A DNA stretch of 64,000 bases from Gammaproteobacteria bacterium (GTDB taxonomy: Bacteria > Pseudomonadota > Gammaproteobacteria > JBPCXB01), in contig JBPCXB010000066.1 in NCBI GenBank assembly GCA_051008935.1, positions 50,649 to 114,648 on the forward strand, read 5' to 3'. Shown piece after piece: positions 59,854 through 64,000 of this stretch. The notes under the pieces are model-generated. The model was not told the DNA's origin, made no database searches, and was given only the letters and a program-made list of their open reading frames with translations. The position numbers and the translations under genes were made by a program. Position 1 is the first letter of the stretch; the number at the start of each line of letters is the position of its first letter.

Positions 59854-61092
59854 ATGGCGACCAGCATTACCAAAATTCCTTCGATTTTTCCAATCAGCGA
59901 CCATGCGCAGCGATGCCACCAGAAAGTGCATGATTTCATTCAGGCTGAAATTGCTCCCAATGAGTCACTTTATGTAGATCAGATGGCCAATGCTCCCGAC
60001 CGATGGGACTTTACGCCACCGATTCTGGAAGAATTGAAAGACCGAGCTAAAGCGGCGAATCTATGGAATTTATTTCTGCCCGAAAGCGATCATGGCTTCG
60101 GATTAAGCAATCTGGAATATGCCCCTTTGGCAGAAATGATGGGGCAACACCCCATTTCCTCTGAAGTGTTTAACTCCTCTGCCCCAGATACAGGGAATAT
60201 GGAGGTACTGGAGCGCTACGGAAGCGAAGAGCACAAAGAAACTTGGCTCAAGCCTTTGTTGGACGGTCGCATTCGCTCGGCATTTGCTATGACCGAACCC
60301 GGTGTTGCTTCATCGGATGCTACCAATATCAGCCTGTCAGCAGTCAGAGACGGCGATCATTATGTGCTCAATGGCCAGAAATGGTGGACTTCGGGTGCAG
60401 GTGATCCGCGCTGCAAGATACTGATCGTGATGTGTGTTACAAACCCTGACGCTCCCAAGCATCAGCGCCAATCTCAGATTCTGGTGCCTCTAGACACAGA
60501 GGGCTTAAAAGTGGAACGGATGATGCACGTGTTTGGTTATGATGATGCTCCTCATGGCCATGGACATCTTACATTTACAGACGTTCGGGTGCCTGTTAGC
60601 AATTTGATTCTGGGCGAAGGGCGCGGATTTGAGATTGCACAAGGGCGTTTGGGGCCGGGTCGCATCCATCACTGCATGCGCTGTATCGGCGTCGCAGAAA
60701 AGGCGCTGGAATATATGTGTAAACGTGCCTCTAGCCGCGTTGCTTTTGGCAAGCCGCTGGCGCAATTGGGTGGGAACTTTGATGTGATAGCTGATGCGCG
60801 TATCAGTATTGAAATGGCCCGATTGCTTACGCTCAAAGCGGCACACATGATGGATACAGTCGGCAATAAGTTGGCAGCCAGTGAGATTGCGCAGATTAAG
60901 GTTGCAGCACCCAATTTGGCACTGCAGATTATTGATGATGCGATTCAAATGCATGGCGCTGCGGGAGTGTCTCAGGATTTCCCTCTGGCTCGCATGTATG
61001 CCAGTATGCGCACACTACGCCTAGCAGACGGTCCTGACGAGGTTCATAGGCGTACCGTGGCTCGCCATGAAATTGGTAAATACAACGCTTGA
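59854..61092 (+). CDS. acyl-CoA dehydrogenase
   Basis: 412-aa ORF with the three-domain ACAD fold and a catalytic-base region near the C-terminus. Confidence 0.85.
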   Translation: MATSITKIPSIFPISDHAQRCHQKVHDFIQAEIAPNESLYVDQMANAPDRWDFTPPILEELKDRAKAANLWNLFLPESDHGFGLSNLEYAPLAEMMGQHPISSEVFNSSAPDTGNMEVLERYGSEEHKETWLKPLLDGRIRSAFAMTEPGVASSDATNISLSAVRDGDHYVLNGQKWWTSGAGDPRCKILIVMCVTNPDAPKHQRQSQILVPLDTEGLKVERMMHVFGYDDAPHGHGHLTFTDVRVPVSNLILGEGRGFEIAQGRLGPGRIHHCMRCIGVAEKALEYMCKRASSRVAFGKPLAQLGGNFDVIADARISIEMARLLTLKAAHMMDTVGNKLAASEIAQIKVAAPNLALQIIDDAIQMHGAAGVSQDFPLARMYASMRTLRLADGPDEVHRRTVARHEIGKYNA

Positions 61093-61149
61093 AGCCGTTG
61101 GGGATATTAGCCTGAATGAATCGTCATTCAATCATGGAGGATTTGTAAC

Positions 61150-62265
61150 ATGGATCTAGATTTTTCTGCAGAGCAGAAAATGCTGGGGGATCAGGCGCAG
61201 CGCTTTTTGTCAGACAAAGAAGCTCTAGGGCGTTCTCGCAGCGTTTTGGAGGGTGATGCCCCCTTTGATCGGGAACTTTGGCAGGAAATGGCACAGATGG
61301 GTTGGCTGGGTACCGCTATCCCGGAGGCCTATGGTGGTGTGGGCATGGGGGCGCTGGAACTTTGTGTGCTGGCTGAGCAATTGGGGCGCTCTCTCGCTCC
61401 AGTGCCATTTTCATCGACGCTCTATCTGTTTAGCGAGGCGCTGCTCGCCTACGGTTCGGAGGAGCAAAAACAACGCTACCTGCCGCAAATCGCTGAGGGG
61501 AAATTGATCGGCACAGTGGCTGTGGTAGAAGAAACCGCTTCACCTACGGAAAACAGTATCGAATGCGCCTTTGCCAATGGCAAGTTGGATGGTTGTAAGA
61601 TCGCTGTTCCAGATGGTGATGTAGCAGATGTAGCCTTGGTTTTGGCGCGTCAAGACAAGGTGCTGGCGATGTATTTGGTTGATTTGAACGACCAGAGCGT
61701 GCGCAGAGAGCAAAGCAGCAATTTAGACGGCAGCCGCTCTTTTGGGCGCATCGAATTCTCATCCGCACCGGCAGAACTCGTAGGTCAGGTCGGGCAAGGT
61801 TGGAACCAGTGGCAAAAAACTCTGGACCGGGCGGCCGTGTTCTTTGCTTTCGAGCAGTTGGGTTTGGCAGATAGCACGCTGGAGATGGCTAAGAACTACG
61901 CCTTGGAGCGTCACGCCTTCGGCCGTCCCATTGCTTCCTATCAGGCCGTCAAGCACCGTCTGGCCGATATGTATATTGGCGCGCAACTGGCACGTTCTAA
62001 TTGTTATTATGCCGCGTGGGCCCTTAGCACTCATGCAGCAGAACTGCCTGTGGCAGCTGCTGGCGCACGCATCGCTGCTACTCAGGCTTCCGAATTCAAT
62101 TCCAAAGAGAACATTCAGTTGCACGGTGGTATGGGGTTTACTTGGGAATTTGATTGCCATCTGTACTACCGCCGTAGCAAGGTGCAATCTTTGGTCATTG
62201 GCGCACTGCCAGAGTGGCAGAATCGTTTGATGACGGCGCTTGAGGAATCGAACCTGCCCAAGTAA
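61150..62265 (+). CDS. acyl-CoA dehydrogenase family protein
   Basis: 371-aa ACAD-like product (YGGVGMG, QLHGGMGFTWE). Confidence 0.8.
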   Translation: MDLDFSAEQKMLGDQAQRFLSDKEALGRSRSVLEGDAPFDRELWQEMAQMGWLGTAIPEAYGGVGMGALELCVLAEQLGRSLAPVPFSSTLYLFSEALLAYGSEEQKQRYLPQIAEGKLIGTVAVVEETASPTENSIECAFANGKLDGCKIAVPDGDVADVALVLARQDKVLAMYLVDLNDQSVRREQSSNLDGSRSFGRIEFSSAPAELVGQVGQGWNQWQKTLDRAAVFFAFEQLGLADSTLEMAKNYALERHAFGRPIASYQAVKHRLADMYIGAQLARSNCYYAAWALSTHAAELPVAAAGARIAATQASEFNSKENIQLHGGMGFTWEFDCHLYYRRSKVQSLVIGALPEWQNRLMTALEESNLPK

Positions 62266-62312
62266 TCCAGCCTTTTACTTGGTGTTACTGGTCAACATAG
62301 AGGAACAGTCAG

Positions 62313-63545
62313 ATGAATTTTGATGATACGACACAGGAAGCAGCTTTTCGGCAAGAAGCCAGAGCTTGGCTCGATGCCAACGCCCCGCTTAAACAGCACC
62401 CGAGAGATGTGTGGCGTGCAACAGGTTCAGGTGAACAGTCTGCTCTAGCGGCAGCCAAAGAATGGCAGCAGAAAAAACAGCAGTCTGGTTGGGCTTGCCT
62501 GCAGTGGCCTAAGGCGTACGGCGGTCGCGAAAGCACACCTATGGAACGCGTGATATGGGGGCAGGAAGAATCGCGCTATAAAGTGCCGCGCGGCTTTTTT
62601 GATATCGGTCAGGGCATGTGCGGGCCGGTGTTGATGACTTACGCAACAGAAGAGCAGAAACAGCGTTATTTGCCCCCTATGGCTAGCGGCGAAGACATTT
62701 GGTGTCAATTATTCAGTGAGCCTTCAGCGGGATCGGATGTAGCAGGCCTCAGATCTCGGGCAGTCAGAGATGGTGACGATTGGATTATCAACGGGCAGAA
62801 AATCTGGACTTCCGGTGCTCATTATTCTGATTACGGCATCTTGGTAGTGCGCCATGACCCAGATCTGCCCAAGCATAAGGGCCTTACTTTCTTTTTTCTG
62901 GATATGAAGTCTCCGGGCATCGAGACACGCCCCATCCGCCAAATTTCCGGATCTTCTAATTTCAACGAAGTGTATTTTGAAGATGTGCGCATTCCGGATA
63001 GCCAGCGGCTGGGAGCAGTAGGAGACGGTTGGAAAGTTGCCTTGACAACGCTCATGAACGAACGTTTAGCGGTAGGAGATGCTCCGGGGCCAGATTTTGA
63101 TGAGGCCTTTGCATTGGCTAAGGAGCAAAAAATGGCAGAGGGCTATGCGATTGAAGACAGTGCAGTCCGCAGAGATTTAGCCAATTGGTACGTACAGATG
63201 ACCGGCCTCAAATATACCAAATACCGCACCATTTCAGCCTTATCCCGAGGCGCAACGCCCGGCCCGGAAGCTAGCATCACCAAAGTAGTGAGTGCCAGCA
63301 AGTTACAGAATATCGGTAGCTTTGGCATCGAGGCCAGAGGTATGGCGGGGATGTTGATGCATGATGATGCAGATGAAGGTCGAGACATCTTCCATCAGGG
63401 CTATCTGGGTGCCCCAGGCCTGAGGATTGCTGGCGGTACCGACGAAATATTGCGCAATATTCTGGCGGAAAGAGTGCTGGGTTTGCCGCAAGAACCGCGT
63501 GCCGACAAAGGCGTGCCTTTTAATAAGATCCCCGGGAACAGCTAA
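62313..63545 (+). CDS. acyl-CoA dehydrogenase family protein
   Basis: 410-aa ACAD-like product (WPKAYGGRE, INGQKIWTSGA). Confidence 0.8.
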   Translation: MNFDDTTQEAAFRQEARAWLDANAPLKQHPRDVWRATGSGEQSALAAAKEWQQKKQQSGWACLQWPKAYGGRESTPMERVIWGQEESRYKVPRGFFDIGQGMCGPVLMTYATEEQKQRYLPPMASGEDIWCQLFSEPSAGSDVAGLRSRAVRDGDDWIINGQKIWTSGAHYSDYGILVVRHDPDLPKHKGLTFFFLDMKSPGIETRPIRQISGSSNFNEVYFEDVRIPDSQRLGAVGDGWKVALTTLMNERLAVGDAPGPDFDEAFALAKEQKMAEGYAIEDSAVRRDLANWYVQMTGLKYTKYRTISALSRGATPGPEASITKVVSASKLQNIGSFGIEARGMAGMLMHDDADEGRDIFHQGYLGAPGLRIAGGTDEILRNILAERVLGLPQEPRADKGVPFNKIPGNS

Positions 63546-63554
63546 TCCTGAGAA

Positions 63555-64000
63555 TCAGGCGCTTTCCCCTTGGGAAAGGCTGCTGTCACTAGATTTCCAG
63601 AAAACAGGGTATAGGGGTTGTAGGCACAGCTGTATCTCTGGGTAGCTGGCATCTAATTCAGCCCCCAATTCAGCCCATACATGCAGTTTTGAGCGATGCG
63701 GTTGCACGAGAGCCCAAAGACGCCCCTGTCGAGGCACTGTTTTTAGTATACGTGCGCTGACGGCTAAGGGTTGTGTACTGTCTTCTCGGTAGACTTTCAG
63801 ATCTCCGGGGCGTAGTAACAACCGGTATTGCTGTCCAGCAGATAAGCTGGGAGTTAGGCGCGCCGGCACAGTAAACTGGCCTAAAGCAGTCGCAGCCACA
63901 AGGCCCCCTGAAGGCGTTTTATGGATGGTTACGTCTACAGCTGTGCCCAGTTCGGCTGTCCGTGCGATCTTCTCTGAAGCGGGTCTATGCCACAGGTCGG
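63555..64000 (-). CDS. C-terminal part of an ABC transporter ATP-binding protein (TOBE/MOP-like regulatory domain); gene continues beyond window end
   Basis: The minus-strand reading frame stays open from the window edge through the listed ORF. The C-terminal region has beta-rich TOBE-like character. Confidence 0.4.
   Translation of the reverse strand, partial: DLWHRPASEKIARTAELGTAVDVTIHKTPSGGLVAATALGQFTVPARLTPSLSAGQQYRLLLRPGDLKVYREDSTQPLAVSARILKTVPRQGRLWALVQPHRSKLHVWAELGAELDASYPEIQLCLQPLYPVFWKSSDSSLSQGESA

Overview
This window reads as a conserved gammaproteobacterial chromosomal backbone at about 50% GC, not an accessory island. I saw no IS elements, integrases, CRISPR arrays or phage genes.

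Gene order, left to right:
- aceB 5' end (partial, on the minus strand)
- purB, mnmA
- moaC, moaD, moaE
- icd, clpS, clpA
- M16 family peptidase
- mltD and gloB, divergent from rnhA and dnaQ
- gltX, a HIT-family gene, oadG, oadA, oadB
- MsbA-like ABC exporter, then a putative acyltransferase
- a histidine phosphatase and an alpha/beta hydrolase, divergent from an SDR, sohB and a yhdH-like gene
- the classic tig, clpP, clpX, lon, hupB, ppiD block
- fabI, an M3 peptidase, an enoyl-CoA hydratase, a small membrane protein, moeA, tRNA-Met
- aldH, msrA, a hydrolase, an alkA-like glycosylase
- a rubredoxin-reductase-like oxidoreductase, galE, a large proline-rich secreted protein, mfd, gshA
- pckA, three consecutive acyl-CoA dehydrogenases, and the 3' end of an ABC-ATPase gene

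The most unusual feature is a roughly 570-bp composite tandem repeat array at about 391-960, in the purB/aceB intergenic region.
- It has three units, each a T-rich tract followed by a 10-bp-stem hairpin, CTAGA-NAG sub-motifs and a second hairpin.
- Copies differ by paired compensatory substitutions that keep the stems intact, which suggests a structured RNA or cis-regulatory array rather than random satellite DNA.

Minor oddities:
- A 12-nt repeat triplicates the stop codon region of mnmA.
- Iteron-like 11-bp tandem repeats sit in the gloB/rnhA divergent promoter region.
- clpS apparently uses a TTG start that overlaps the icd 3' end.
- An acyltransferase-like gene is coupled to the MsbA-like exporter.
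- A proline-rich secreted protein of possible CsiV type lies next to mfd.

Features I located by hand (tRNA, repeats, terminator) may be off by one or two nucleotides.
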